A DNA stretch of 63,469 bases, filler included, from Guillardia theta CCMP2712 (Eukaryota > Protista > Cryptophyta), in NCBI RefSeq assembly GCF_000315625.1. It is 4 parts of 4 records of this genome, joined end to end, with 100 filler letters (N's around TTAATTAATTAA, not from the genome) between each part and the next. Parts side by side here need not be neighbours in the genome. Positions count along the whole stretch, not along the records: positions 1 to 16,832 come from NW_005434634.1; positions 16,933 to 44,820 come from NW_005434585.1; 2 more parts are not named here. The stretch is one strand, 5' to 3'. A program made the position numbers and the translations under genes. This document shows positions 12,174 through 24,306 of the stretch, piece after piece. The notes beneath the pieces were generated by a model. That model ran no database searches, had not been told where the DNA came from, and saw nothing but the letters and a program-made list of their open reading frames with translations. The number at the start of each line of letters is the position of its first letter. Position 1 is the first letter of the stretch.

Positions 12174-13543
12174 ATGGGAAGACTTCTCCTCTTCACCATG
12201 GCGATGTCGGCTTTCAGGGTCCGTTCCTCCTGCGCCTTCTCCGGAAGCCTCCCAGCCATGAACAATCTCCGATGCTCGATGCAGAGCGCCGCCCCCACCA
12301 AGAAGCTTGACCTACCTGAGCTCAAGACAGGCTCTGTCAGAGTAGTCCTCATACGCCATGGAGCTGTGGACTTGACTACTCCAGGCATGACCTTCCCGAA
12401 GGATTGTTTCTATGGAGGGCACGACGTCCCCCTTAGCGACTACGGCAAGCTGGAAGCACAGGTGTGTTGCTCGCTGCCAGCTCCTCTCTTGTTTGCTCTG
12501 CCCCTCCTCTTCAGACTTTCTCACGCTCGTCTGCTAGGCTGCAGCTAACATGGTGGAAGAAATTCCAATCGAGCAGGTATACTGCTCCCCTTTGAAGAGA
12601 GCGCTGTACGGCGGCGAGAGGGTGGCAGAGAAGTTCGGCTTGACCCCGAAGCAAGATGATCGGTAATGGCGAGAGAAGGAGGAGGGAGGGAGCAGAGAGG
12701 AAGAGCGCTCAGAGAGGGAGGGAGGAGAGAGAAGTGAAGGCGAAGGGCCCATGTAACGAGAAGAGGGACGAGAGGATAGCAGCAGTAGAAGTGACAGGTT
12801 GAGGATGAAAGGGAAAGAAAATAGACAGTTGAGAGGGAGGATAGAGAGAGTGAGGTACAGGGGAGGAGTTCAAGGGCAAGAGGGCAAGGACTGATCGCTT
12901 CCTGGCAGCTTCCGGGAGGTGAATCGAGGACGATGGCTGGGGTTGACCAAGGAGCAAGTGCGGGAGAAATTTCCTGGGGATCTTGAGAAGTTCCAGGAGG
13001 ATCCTTTGTGGTGTGAGCATGGGGGAGAGACGTACCGACAGCTCAGCGAGAGAGTATGGAGTGGGCTGAACGACATGGTGAAAGATGCGGAAGTGAATGG
13101 TTGGAAGAACATCGCTCTCGTGTCGCACAGTAAGTCGATGGTGAAGGAGATGATGATGATGATGATGATTATGACGACGACGACGACGATGACGACATGA
13201 TGATTATGTTATGATGTCATGATGATGATGATCATATGCTGCTGCTGCCGCTGTTGGTGTTGATGGTGGTGGTGTTGATATTTCAAATTTACCATCACCC
13301 TCAATGCTTCTCCTCACATTCTTTACAGTGTGGGTCACTAAGAGCATTATCACCAAGGTCATGGGAATTCAGCCCGACGATCAGAGCAAGTGGGCAGAAA
13401 TGAACATTCCCACAGCCTCTGTTTCCCTTCTCGACTTCAACTTGAAGCAGCGTGACAACGTTGAGGTCCTTGCTGTTGGGCTCAAACCTCCCATGGACAC
13501 TGTCATGGAGGAGGGCAAGGACGGGAAGACGTGGGGGGGATGA
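12174..13543 (+). CDS. Histidine phosphatase superfamily (phosphoglycerate-mutase-like), probably plastid-targeted
   Basis: VLIRHG motif, DVPLSDYGKLEA, YCSPLKRA, FREVNRGRWLGLT, GGETY, LVSH; N-terminal signal peptide ending in SAF/CAF followed by a Ser/Arg-rich transit-like region. Confidence 0.85.
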
Positions 13544-13880
13544 GCAGGAGGAGGATGGTGAGCTGGTTGTGCTAAGTACACGGGTGGAGGGAGGGGGAGT
13601 AAAATCAGCAGCGGTCGTACTCGGTGAATCTTACTTCATTGTCCAGACGCGTAAGCAGGGTGAGGAGGAAGCGAAGAGCAGGATGGAAGGGAGGCAGGTG
13701 GGTGAGGATTGGGAGATGGACGAGTCCGATGACAATCATTGAGAAGAGGGGAGAGGGGAGAGGGGAGAGGGGTAAGAGAAACACGAGAAAGTGGAGGTGG
13801 GAACAGGAGTAGGAGGAGATAAGAAGAGGAGAACAGACGGGAAAAGAGGAAGAAGAGGGAGGAGTAGGCGACGGAGACAT

Positions 13881-16387
13881 CTACCTCTGAGTCAGGGAAT
13901 GAAGGAAGGGAGAGTCCTGCTGCTTGAACACAGGTTCGCTCCCCAACGCCCAGTTCAAGTTCGCATGCCAGCTCGACAGACGCCCCCCTCCTGCCTCCTC
14001 CTCCTCCTCCTCCTCACTGGAAGAAGAATTTCGCGCCTGCCTGCTTGCGAGCAGGGAGCGTCGCTCCCTCCTTCTCCCCTCCTCATGTTGAGTCATGACC
14101 CGGGAATGACTCTCGGGGGTGGAGGATGGCCGTGAAGAGAACGCTCTGCTGTGACGATCCTCCTCCTCCTTTCTACCCTCCTTCGATGACAAGACTGGCC
14201 CACCTGGCGGCAGTGAGAGGAGCGAGAGGAGAGGAAGCAAGATTCACCGGCTGCCCGATCTCCCTCCTCCTGCTTGTCACCCTTGAGGGCAAGCTCGAGA
14301 TACTCCTCTGCTTTGGGGAGAATCTGACAGCGAAGACAGTCAGGAAGGACACGCGGGGAAGGGAAGAAGAGGAGACGTAGAGGAGCGAAAGGTAGAGGAG
14401 AAGGAAGCAGAAACTGATGGTCGCAGCTGTGAACAACATGAAGTAGGAGCGATGAACACAACAGCGCAGTGAGGCAGTGAGTAGGATGGAGGAAGGAAGA
14501 AGGAAGAGGAGGAGGAGGCTGGGAAGGCAGGAGGAACGAGGGGAGGAGGTTATGGTAACTTACGGCAGATGTAAGGGAGCCGATGCTTTCATGCAGAGCT
14601 GACGTTAGATATTCTTCCACAGCCGTCTTGACCCGCATGGAGAAGACAGACAGAAGCACGTTGTATAACCAAGCAGGCGCCTACAACCCCCTTCAACTCT
14701 ACTCTCGGACCGGTCTTGTATCCTCTCTCACCTGGGCCTTGTGGAGGCGGATATCAAGGTGTCGAATCTTGACTCTGTTGGTGGCCTCGAGCTGCTTCTT
14801 CCCTCCTCCTGCCTCCTCACTGCCATCTCCCCCTTGGACAGCGACAAGCCCTCCATGTCGAAGTTGAGCCACAGCGACAGTCCCTTCACCTGCTCTTCAC
14901 TCACCATCTTCCTCGCGCTCCTCAGCCCCTCCTCGCTTCTGGGTCTCTCTCGCTCTCCTCTACCCCTTTCCCTCCTCTACCTCAGCATCGGCGGACCCTC
15001 GGTCCTTCAGCCACGGGAAGCCTTTCTGCTTGTACATCCATGTGAAGTCCCGGAGCTCCGCGCTCACCTGCACCCCATCAACACCAGCCGGGGACGAGCA
15101 GGAGCGGTCAGCTGGGGGACAGGAGGTTGTCCAACCTGTTTGGCCTTGACAGTGACACGTTTGCCGGACACAGTGACGAGCAGGTCTGAGCTCGGGATGG
15201 ACACGGCGGAGAGTACGATCCGGCCGAGCGCATAGCTGAACTCGGAGGCGCCGCTGCCGCGGGAGAAGGTGAGGGGAGGAATCTCGAGCCTAGTAAGGTA
15301 CTGCAGGAGGAACTCCAGAACCTGTCAGCCTTCTTTCAGCTAGGGAACGACTGGACAACGAGCTGGCTCGAGGATCGAGATAGAGGAAGAGCTGGGATAG
15401 AGCTGGGGTGGACCTGGTTCTTGAGGGAGAGGAGGATGCTCTGGCGGGAGCGGGGGTTGTGAAGGGCCTTCTGATGCTGCAGTAAGATCCTCTTGGTCTC
15501 GTCCTTCTTCGTCTCGCTGGCCACGTAGCTGAGCCCCTGCTGGAGAAGTTCCTCCCTCTTGTGCAGTCCCTCCTTGATCAGCTCCTCCGCCTTGGGGTTG
15601 TGATACTTGGTCCTCCCCAGCATGCCTGCCAGCTGTAGGTGAGCTGTATGTGGGAACGGGCCTAGGACAAGGAGGGAAGAGGGCGGAGAGGTGGGGGAAG
15701 GATGGGAAAGAGAGGAAGGAGGAGCCAGGAGGAGACGTCGGGGAGCAAGAAAAGTCAAAGGAGCAAATGGGAAGCAGGAGGGAGGTGAGATGGAGGAGGT
15801 GGAGGGAAGAACGATAGATATTTTGTCGAGGCAGAAAAAGGGGGGAAGGAGGGAGGAGGGGAGGAGGGGAGAGAAGACGAAGCAGAGACGAGGGATCAGG
15901 ATGGGGAGAGAAAGACCGATGATGGCGCTAGAATCTCGTTCCATGAAGTGGTCCATGAGCTCCTTGCCTGCTCCCTGCAGGAAGCTGCACAGGCGTCAAG
16001 AGGAGGAGGAGAGAGGAGGAAGAAGATTCACAGCTCGCTCTTCTTGAGAAGATTGTCCGTGGAGGAATCGGAGGTCAGCCTTGTCAGGAGTTTCTCACAC
16101 CTGCCTCGCAGCGTCAGGGTTGAGGGGAGGGAAGGTGTGGACTGAGGACGGAGAGAAGGAGAACAGCAAGAGGAGGAAGAATGGGAAGGAAGGGTGAAGA
16201 GAGAGGGAGGGAGGGAGTAGGTGAGGAGGGAGGGAGGGAGAGGACGAGAGGGAGAAGCAGATGAGGCCGAGGAGGATGAGCGGGGGTTCCCAAAAAAGCG
16301 GAGCAGGGTTTAAGGGTCAGAAGACATCAGGAAAGAATTGAGAACGGAGAAGGTAGTTAGGAGGCAGGAATGAACCTTTGCAGCCAT
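13881..16387 (-). CDS. Hypothetical protein with HAM1-like/BPI(TULIP)-like domain, multi-exon
   Basis: Exons give LEIPPLTF...LGRIVLSAVSIP, LRDFTWMYKQKGFPWLKDRGSADAE and AWLYNVLLSVFSMRVKTAVEEYL, resembling HAM1/BPI-fold signatures recalled from memory. Confidence 0.5.
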
Positions 16388-16832
16388 GTCCGACCAGTTT
16401 CCGTCTCAAAGAAATCCTTGTCAAAATTGTCAAACTGGCCAGACTGTTACCATAATATCACATGGCTTAACTGCTGCCGGTCAATGGTCTCGAGGATGAA
16501 AAGAATGATATCCTTGTTCTCCCAGTAGCACCTAGCAGGTATCAGAGCGCGCTGGAGGCAGGTGGGGAGGAAACGACGAGGGGAAAGTTGAGGAGAGCAG
16601 AGAGGAACGAGCAGGAATAAAGGACTAGGGAGGACAAGAGGATTTGAGAAGGCGAGGGAAGAAAAAAGGACGAACGGTGGGCAAAATACCAGGGAGGGAG
16701 AAAGACAGTGTTGTGAGAGGAGAGAGAGAGAGAGAGTGGGAGAGGGAGTGGGAGTGGGTGGGAGGGAGGGGTGGGAAGGGGAGGGGAGGGTGGGAAAGGG
16801 GGAGGGGAGGGGTGGGGAGGAGGAGGAGTAGG

Positions 16833-16932
16833 NNNNNNNNNNNNNNNNNNNNNNNNNNNNNNNNNNNNNNNNNNNNTTAATTAATTAANNNNNNNNNNNN
16901 NNNNNNNNNNNNNNNNNNNNNNNNNNNNNNNN
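16833..16932. other. Assembly gap with TTAATTAATTAA six-frame-stop linker
   Basis: N-run with central TTAATTAATTAA; the same structure occurs at 44821-44920 and 61662-61761. Confidence 0.95.
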
Positions 16933-17900
16933 CGTCAAAGCCACAAACTTGCTCGTATACCCCACCCCTGCACACTCCAGAATATTTGTTGTACCCACCT
17001 AGTATTGACGTCACCACCCACCGTATTCTTTCAGCAACGGCATTTCATGTCCTTCTGAGGTGGCATATCTATCGAATAACCCCTTCCTATACCACATAAG
17101 TACCCTACCATGATATACCAACGAATCAAAATCGATGCAACCAGCACCTGATACCCTACCCCTACCCAATGAAATATACCCTACCCTCACATTACCAGAA
17201 GACGTTGTACCCCTACCCACTACGTGGAGGTCCGCTTCCAGCCGGACTTTGTTGGATTTTTCAAATTTTAAATTTCTCCTCGGGTAAATTCCAAATGACA
17301 CGATGAAGGTTGAATAATAGTCTCCAAATTTGAATCGAGTGAGATGGAGTACCCCCACCTCCAAGATCCATCCAGTTTTCGACCAAAACAGAAAATAGTC
17401 ATCCAAATATTCAAAATTAAACCAAGGAGTTCAACCCTTTCGTAACTCAGAATGTAACTGTTGAACCTTACTTCCATTGAATAGGGTAGGGTCTGCCCAT
17501 GGTTGATCTCATGTGGGGTAGTCACTATCAAGGGGGTACACCTTCGAAAGAAGGGGGTCATCTATCCACACGCAACGTCAATGGTGTGGTGATAGCACGG
17601 GTGACATCCAAAATACACCGGTACTATCATTTGGAAGGGGTGTTTTATCTTGTATAAAATGGTCCCTAAAGGGGGTTCAGAAAGACATATTTTTTGAAAT
17701 AAGGGTAGGGGTACATTTTTTAGGGGTCATCAATTCGAAAACAAGGATGGTACACATCACCCACCATGAATGCTTGACTTGCCTTCCGAGATGGGTGGGG
17801 TGGAAAGTTTTGGGGGTCACCTTCAGGGGGTAAGGTGGTACGTGGGGTAGTGCAAAACAACTTTTTGAAACTTGAATGCACGACGTTGAGCAGTGCGATG
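16933..17900. repeat. TACCC/GGGTA-rich intergenic block
   Basis: Many ACCCTACCC/GGGTAGGG/TACCCC motifs and no convincing coding signal; similar blocks recur elsewhere in the window. Confidence 0.55.
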
Positions 17901-18281
17901 TGAGGAGCGACGGGGAGGGGAAAGGGCATGGCAGGAGCAATCAGAGACACAAGAATGTAGCACAGGGAGCATGAAGGGAGCAAGAGAGGATGATGATCAA
18001 AACTAGAGGCAGGATAGGTTTGGAACAGCCTGACCTTGATCCGAAACGCCCGCAGGGATGTAGAGATAGGCAGGAGGCAACAGGAAGGCAGAGGAGGTTG
18101 GGGCAGAGCTTAATGGCAACGCCATCAAACACATGGAACAAGTGTACCCCGAGGACGAGAACAAACGAAGTGGATGGGTCCACCATTACATACAGAATCA
18201 AGTCCCCAAGGGGATGTGAAATTGATTCTGTCAATCATTGCGACCTCATGATTCCTTGACATCGAACAGTCTTCTTGACGC

Positions 18282-20453
18282 ATGATAGACAGGTCAAAGC
18301 AGCGGATGGATCTGCTCGCGAAGGTTGGAGCAGGTAAGCCTTTGCACTCAGCCGATTTAATCTCTCGTCACTTCCAAATTCTTCGCAGCCCAAGAACCTT
18401 TGGCAGTGAAGAATGAAGACGGAAGGCGGGTGGAGAAAGAGCCCCAAAGGAGCTCAACAACTCCTGATGGCAAAGAGAACCCTGAGAAATCATACACAAC
18501 ATCATCAAGTGAAAGAGCGTTGGTTAGGTCTCTAATCATTCTGATTTTGTGCCAACAACAGGAAAGGATGCCTCGCCGAATATGCTCGATGCAGAAGCAG
18601 CTGCCATGGCCGGTCTTGCTGCCTTGACACAGGTACAGCTCCTTCATTTGTTGTTTTCATATCGGATCTTGCATTTACTCGCTGCAATGCAGAGTTTTGT
18701 GGCAAGCACAGAGTTCAAATCAGGTCAAAGCGTCTCCAACGGGAATGGAAAGAGAGAAGCAGAGAGTGGAGCCCATGAAGCTGCAGACGCCTTGATCGCC
18801 TTGACGTCGTTGAGCAACGTTCGCAACCACCGCAAACGATCCAGACGAGGTCCTGACAGCAATAGCTCCTCGAATGCAAGCAGCCCCAAACGAAGGATGA
18901 TGGCTATTCATCATTCTTTGCGAGTTGAAGTCCCCTCGCCGAACAAAGCCAAGTCTCGTCAGAGCGAGCTGTCCACTCCCAAGGATGAAGAGATGAAGAG
19001 CAGAAGCAGTGATCAGAACTTTTCCTCTCCAGCAGCCAACTCTCTGTTCAACAGCGGCACCTCCAACCGCGAGGTCGGATTTTTCTGTGCAAGTTTGCCG
19101 TTTGACTATCAGGTGCTCGACAGGGATCCAGCAGACCTGGAACTCCTGCAAAAAGGAAGCCGTGCAACTGTAAAAATTCAAAATGTCTGAAATTATATTG
19201 TGAATGCTTTGCTTCGGGTGAGATTGTACATGTGTGGTTGTTTTCTGCTCATTTCGATGTTTCAGGGCTGTATTGTGAAGTTCAGTGTAACTGTCACTCT
19301 TGCCACAACAACGTCAGGTTCGAATGGGATCGACAGGCAGCTGTTGTTTCCACTCTTGAGAGGAATCCGCATGCTTTTCGACCGAAGATTACACAGACTG
19401 GTCAACAAGGGATTGTGGATTCACCTGCCAAGGTGATTGAATACATCTGAGGGGGCGCGATGGCTTATGTTTGTGAAGGCCCGGCATATGAAGGGATGTC
19501 ACTGCAAGAAAAGTGGATGCTTGAAGAAATACTGCGAGTGTTTCCAGGTCAGTGTCAAGCTGCTCGTCCTCTGGTTACTAGCTTATACATTGCGACTGAA
19601 TCGCAACTTTCAGGCTGCAGTTATGTGTTCAGACACTTGTAAATGCATAGAATGTCGTAACAATGTTGAGAACCTCACTCTCCTGTCCATGGGAGGGTTC
19701 AAGGTCAAGCACGGCATTGACTTCGCAGCTGTTTCCAAGAATGTCGAAAAAAGTTCGAACTCCAGTGCGTCGGATTCCAGCGAGAGAGGGTCGAAGCCGA
19801 TTGAATCTGGCAGCCAGCAGCCTCTTGAAAGTCCTATTCGAGCCCAGGAAGAAGAACAGGATTTCACCTTGGTTCGTGAGGACAGCGATTCGTCTTCAAA
19901 CCTCGAGCAGATGTCTCTCCAGCACCTTCTCGCTGATCACGAGCTGTCAAAGATGTGCTTTAGGATGCAGAGGTCGCTCAAGGGCGACGCGCTGAAAGGT
20001 GATGAAGGCAGCAGAGGGTCCAGTTCTAGCCTGGAGAGCCAAGAGGAGGGCTCGGAGAAGACTGGGTCTTCTCCGAAAGGGGCCACATGGGACGAGCAGT
20101 GCAAGCCAAAGAGCGTCAAGGCAGCCTGCGAGCCCCAGCAGGAGCGAGCGATCCTTACGGAGATGGCTCAGTTCTTGAATCGAACAAACATGCTACTACA
20201 GGGCAACGTGGCAAGCAACTCCCACAAGACGCTGGAGCCAGTGAAGCCCAGTGGCAGAGCACGAGAGGCGCACATGGAGGTGGGCTTGAAGGAATGTTGC
20301 AGTGACATGCGCGTGAAGAAGGTGCTGGAGGAAGGAGCTGAGAAGCCGAGGCAAGTGACAAGTTACTTCCAGGTGGGAAGCGACAGCAGGGCCCCAACTT
20401 CTGGGCCTGAGCCAGGAGATGTCGAGGATGCAGCGGTGAGCTTGAGCATGTGA
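18282..20453 (+). CDS. Tesmin/TSO1/LIN54-like CRC (tandem CXC) domain transcription factor
   Basis: [22 protein letters not shown], linker [11 protein letters not shown], second [24 protein letters not shown]...[12 protein letters not shown]. Confidence 0.92.
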
Positions 20454-20744
20454 GGGTTTTGCTGGTTGATGGGTGGCTGCTGCAGAAAGGATCCAAGGGC
20501 TCAGACTCCAGCGAGTCGGGGGATGGGGAGGAGGAGCTGGAGAACTACCCGGCAACCATTCCGAATCGTCAAGTCGTCATGATTTGTTAGATCGGGGAAG
20601 AAAACGGCACATCTGCATCTAAATTACATCTTCTAGTAGCTGTGCAAGGCAGTTCTGCTGACGCTCGCGCTCTTTCAGCACCGTCGGGATTGTCGATGAT
20701 GAAGGGAATTCAACAAATCCAGACTGGGAAACGTGTTTTGTACA

Positions 20745-21939
20745 TCATTCCATATGTTGTCGTTTTTGATTCTTTCCAATGAACCCCGGCTGAAGGCGGC
20801 CTCGGTTGCGATTCATCAGCCCCTCATCGTAGGCGTACCTGCCAACAGTCGTCAGAGGTCGCTTCCTTGCCAGCCTCGTCCCTCGCTGACCTGTATGAGT
20901 ACATGAAGTCTCGCTTGCCCGGGTCTGAGAACCTTGGCCCTCGCATCCCCCTCACTGGTCGGATTCCGATCTGTCGGAGTATCTCGTATACGGGCCCCGT
21001 CGGCTCCTTGATGTCAACCTTGCCATTGACCAGCCAGCAATGCTGCTTGTCCTCCTGCACCATCAGGCGGATATCCGAGTTGAACCTTGGCAGCTCGTGC
21101 ACGTGGATCTCAGCGAAGCCGAGCATGGAGTTCTCCTCGTCATTCTTGCTCTTCACCAGGGTCAGAACGTTGGCGTCGGCCAGTCGGACGAGGAGGAGGA
21201 GGAGATCTTTCATCCTCTTCTTGGCGTTGGCCTTCATCTCCGAGCTCGAAACGGCACTGTCAAGCCGCTCTAGAGCCCTCTGCGCGTCCTGGGGAAGGAA
21301 TTGAAGGAAGGTAGGATGAATGCAGAACTTTGGGTATCTCGACACGCAGATCAAGCTCTGCACCTGCGCGTTCGAGTTCTCTGTGTGCGACCTCGATGTC
21401 TTGTCCTTGGACCCTACCAAGCGGGGAGCAACGTCGCTGAACGACCGGCCAACGTTGCTCCTGCCGAACTTCCAGTGGGGGCTCTCCGAGCACTCGTCCG
21501 GGTCGTCCGAGCTCTCCACCTGTGACCTGTAGCTTGCAGCCTCTGAGCAGTCGCTCAAGTATCGGAGGGAAGGCTCCGACTCTGGCTTCTGCTGCACATG
21601 CGCCAGCGCCTCCTCCATCCAGTCCCCGTAACCCGCTCTCGTCGGGATCAACCACAAGGACTTATGGGAGGGTCCATTCTTCAGGTAGGGGTCGAAGTAC
21701 CTTGAATCACAAGGGCTCGAGCACGAGGCCGTGTCGTCGTCGCTTTTGGACGATGACTGCGCGTCTGAGTTGTGCGCCCGTGCGAACTCCCGTCCATGTT
21801 CCTCCTGGCAATCGATGATGGTCGACTCAACAGCAGCACTTGGGACCGAGCAGAAGGACGAAATATCAATCTCGTTGCTGTCTGTAGCCCCAACACTCCT
21901 GAGCTTCTTGAAGGGTAGGAACGCAGAGCACGTGGCCAT
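20745..21939 (-). CDS. Hypothetical protein (Ser-rich N-terminus, globular C-terminal domain)
   Basis: Long ORF 20824-21948 with strong GC3 bias; likely introns near 21290-21350 and 20840-20890; last exon RYAYDEGLMNRNRGRLQPGFIG. Confidence 0.7.
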
Positions 21940-24306
21940 ATCGAACAAGCTTGGTCTGATTTCGACTGTTTCAATCTCTGCACAATCAACTCTTCTTTGG
22001 TGATTCCTTTGAATCCATTAGATTCAGTCCAGGTGATGCGGGAACCGAGGGGATGAACCTCTCCTGAATTCCGTTCATCCACCAGTTGCGAGCCTGAGTG
22101 TTCAATGCCCAAGACAAGCCGAGGTGACCTGCTAGCAAAGTCACTCCTCATCAACCCCGAGGGCCCAGAAAGCCAACAGCCGATCGACATGGTACGGTCT
22201 CTCAGACAGGCTGAAGGGGCTTGCAGTCAATGTTTTTCTTACGCCTCCTTGCTCCTCCTTCACACATCTCTTCACCACTTAGCCAATCTCATCCCCACAC
22301 ATCAACAAATCTCCGCCACTTGCTATTCGCTCCCTTTGCCATGATCTTTGCTCATCCAACGCAGAGAGATGGTGGCGAGATGAATTCGTTCCTTCAATCG
22401 GCACCCACTTGCTTCAACCCTCCCTGTCTCTCATTTTGTGGTCTCAACTTTATCTTCCCCTCTTTTTCATTTCCTGCAATCCCTTCCTTCACTCTCTCTG
22501 CCACCCTCATCCGCATCCTCCACATCCTCCACATCCCGGAAAATCTGCTGCACAAATGGAAAATTCTCACCTCAGTTCACCTCACCTTTTTCTCTGCAAT
22601 TCACCCAATCCCTCTCACATTTCTTCTCTTCATCATCATCCCATTGTAATTTCTCTTCTCTTCTTCTCGGATCTGCGCCCATGTGTTCGGTGCATCCTAT
22701 ACCTACCACCTTCTACATCGAACCCAACGCAAACGTCGATTAAACGTCTTCGACCTATCTTCTGCCCTCCTCGTCTGCTCTTCTCTCCTTACTTGCTGTC
22801 CTCGTCAGTGATCTCCAAGTCATCGTGACCTGTCTCGTCCTCTTCCTTCTCTCCCTTCCTCTCCTACTTCCTCCATCTTCCAATCCTATCCTCCCCATCG
22901 CCATTTTCGCAGCACCCTTCCCTTCTCACTACCCCACCCCCTCGTGTACTCCGCGGGAGGAAAAAGTCCCACCACGACCACCCCCATCTCCCATTTTTGG
23001 TTCCAGGTTCCCGAATGGACCCCCCCTGATGAGCCATCACACCCCCTGTAGTCCCCTGCCTGTACATCCACCCCTTCGCTACCATGATCCACCACCCCAC
23101 CTTCCTAAAATCTTAAATCTTTACATCCCCACTACCCCTGCCCCTTCCCCTCATCCAGCATGTTAGGGGGTAGGGTTACCCATGGATACAACTCGTCCTT
23201 GGTATCTCCACCCCTATTTTCCCCTTAACCACCCCCCTATAAATCAACACCCTACAACTGCCATATATGCTGTGAATGTACCCCATACCCTGTAGTAAAA
23301 TTGTACCCTACCCCTCAATCCCCTTCCACTACCCCACCCTATTCTGTCTTCTAACCCCTATCTTCTCAAGCTCACTCACAGTCACCCGTCCTTATCTGCC
23401 CCAATAACCACTACCCCTATTTTTGACTTGTAAGTACCGGTACTGAAAGTACTGACAAATTCCAGGACCCTACCTACTAAAATTTGGACACAACGACGGG
23501 TGTTTTATCCTACCCGACTCCGCCACTGTTGGAGAGTCGCTGCTGCCTGCTACACGCTTCCCCGCTAGTCACCTCCTGTGGATCCAGCGGCGGGTCCAGC
23601 TATGCCCTGGCCCTCATGCAAGCAGCTGGACGAGTCTCACGGCGGGAAGGAGGTCGATGAATTGGCGAAGCACCTCAGGGAGTGAAGGTTTGGAAGCCAG
23701 GGAGAGCGAAGGGTGTTTTACCCTGTGATGTGAGATGAAGGGTTTTGAGGGGCAGACCCTGCATGCCAGAGTTGAGGAGGCAAATAGTTTGAAACATGGG
23801 TGAAAAGGTACAAAAGATAGCATAGATATCTTTCATACGAAAGATAGCATTCTGGGGAAGAAAACCAGGTGATATTCGTTTACTGCAAGAAGACGAGCAA
23901 AGGGATAGGACGTGAAAACAGTTAGTATCGGGCGTAAACAGAGAACATTTAACAGGACGGAGGTAATATTGTAGCCCTGTTCTTCACCTTGATGGCACAT
24001 TTCAGTGAATCAAAAACCAATATCTTCTGTCGAAACCTTTCGTCATGCTGTTTCCCCTCCGCGCTCTTGTCGTGTCCTGTAAGAGGATGGGTTTACCACA
24101 ATCGATCCTCGCAGCTACAAGCTGCTTGTAGCTGCGAGCCCAGCTCGGCAGTGTCAAGTGTTCACTCCTACACCGTAGGCTGACTGGAAACTGTCCCTGC
24201 ACCTCTACTTTGGCTTCCGCGAGGCAGGGCCCGCTCCTTCACAGTTCCATCTTCTCCCTAGTCCTCCCTCCCTCCTATCGCTCCGCCGCCTCCTCCCGGG
24301 CTGCCC

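Noticed and set aside
17011-17983. ORFs within the TACCC-rich block
   Set aside because: No codon bias or recognisable motifs; composition reflects the repeated DNA motif
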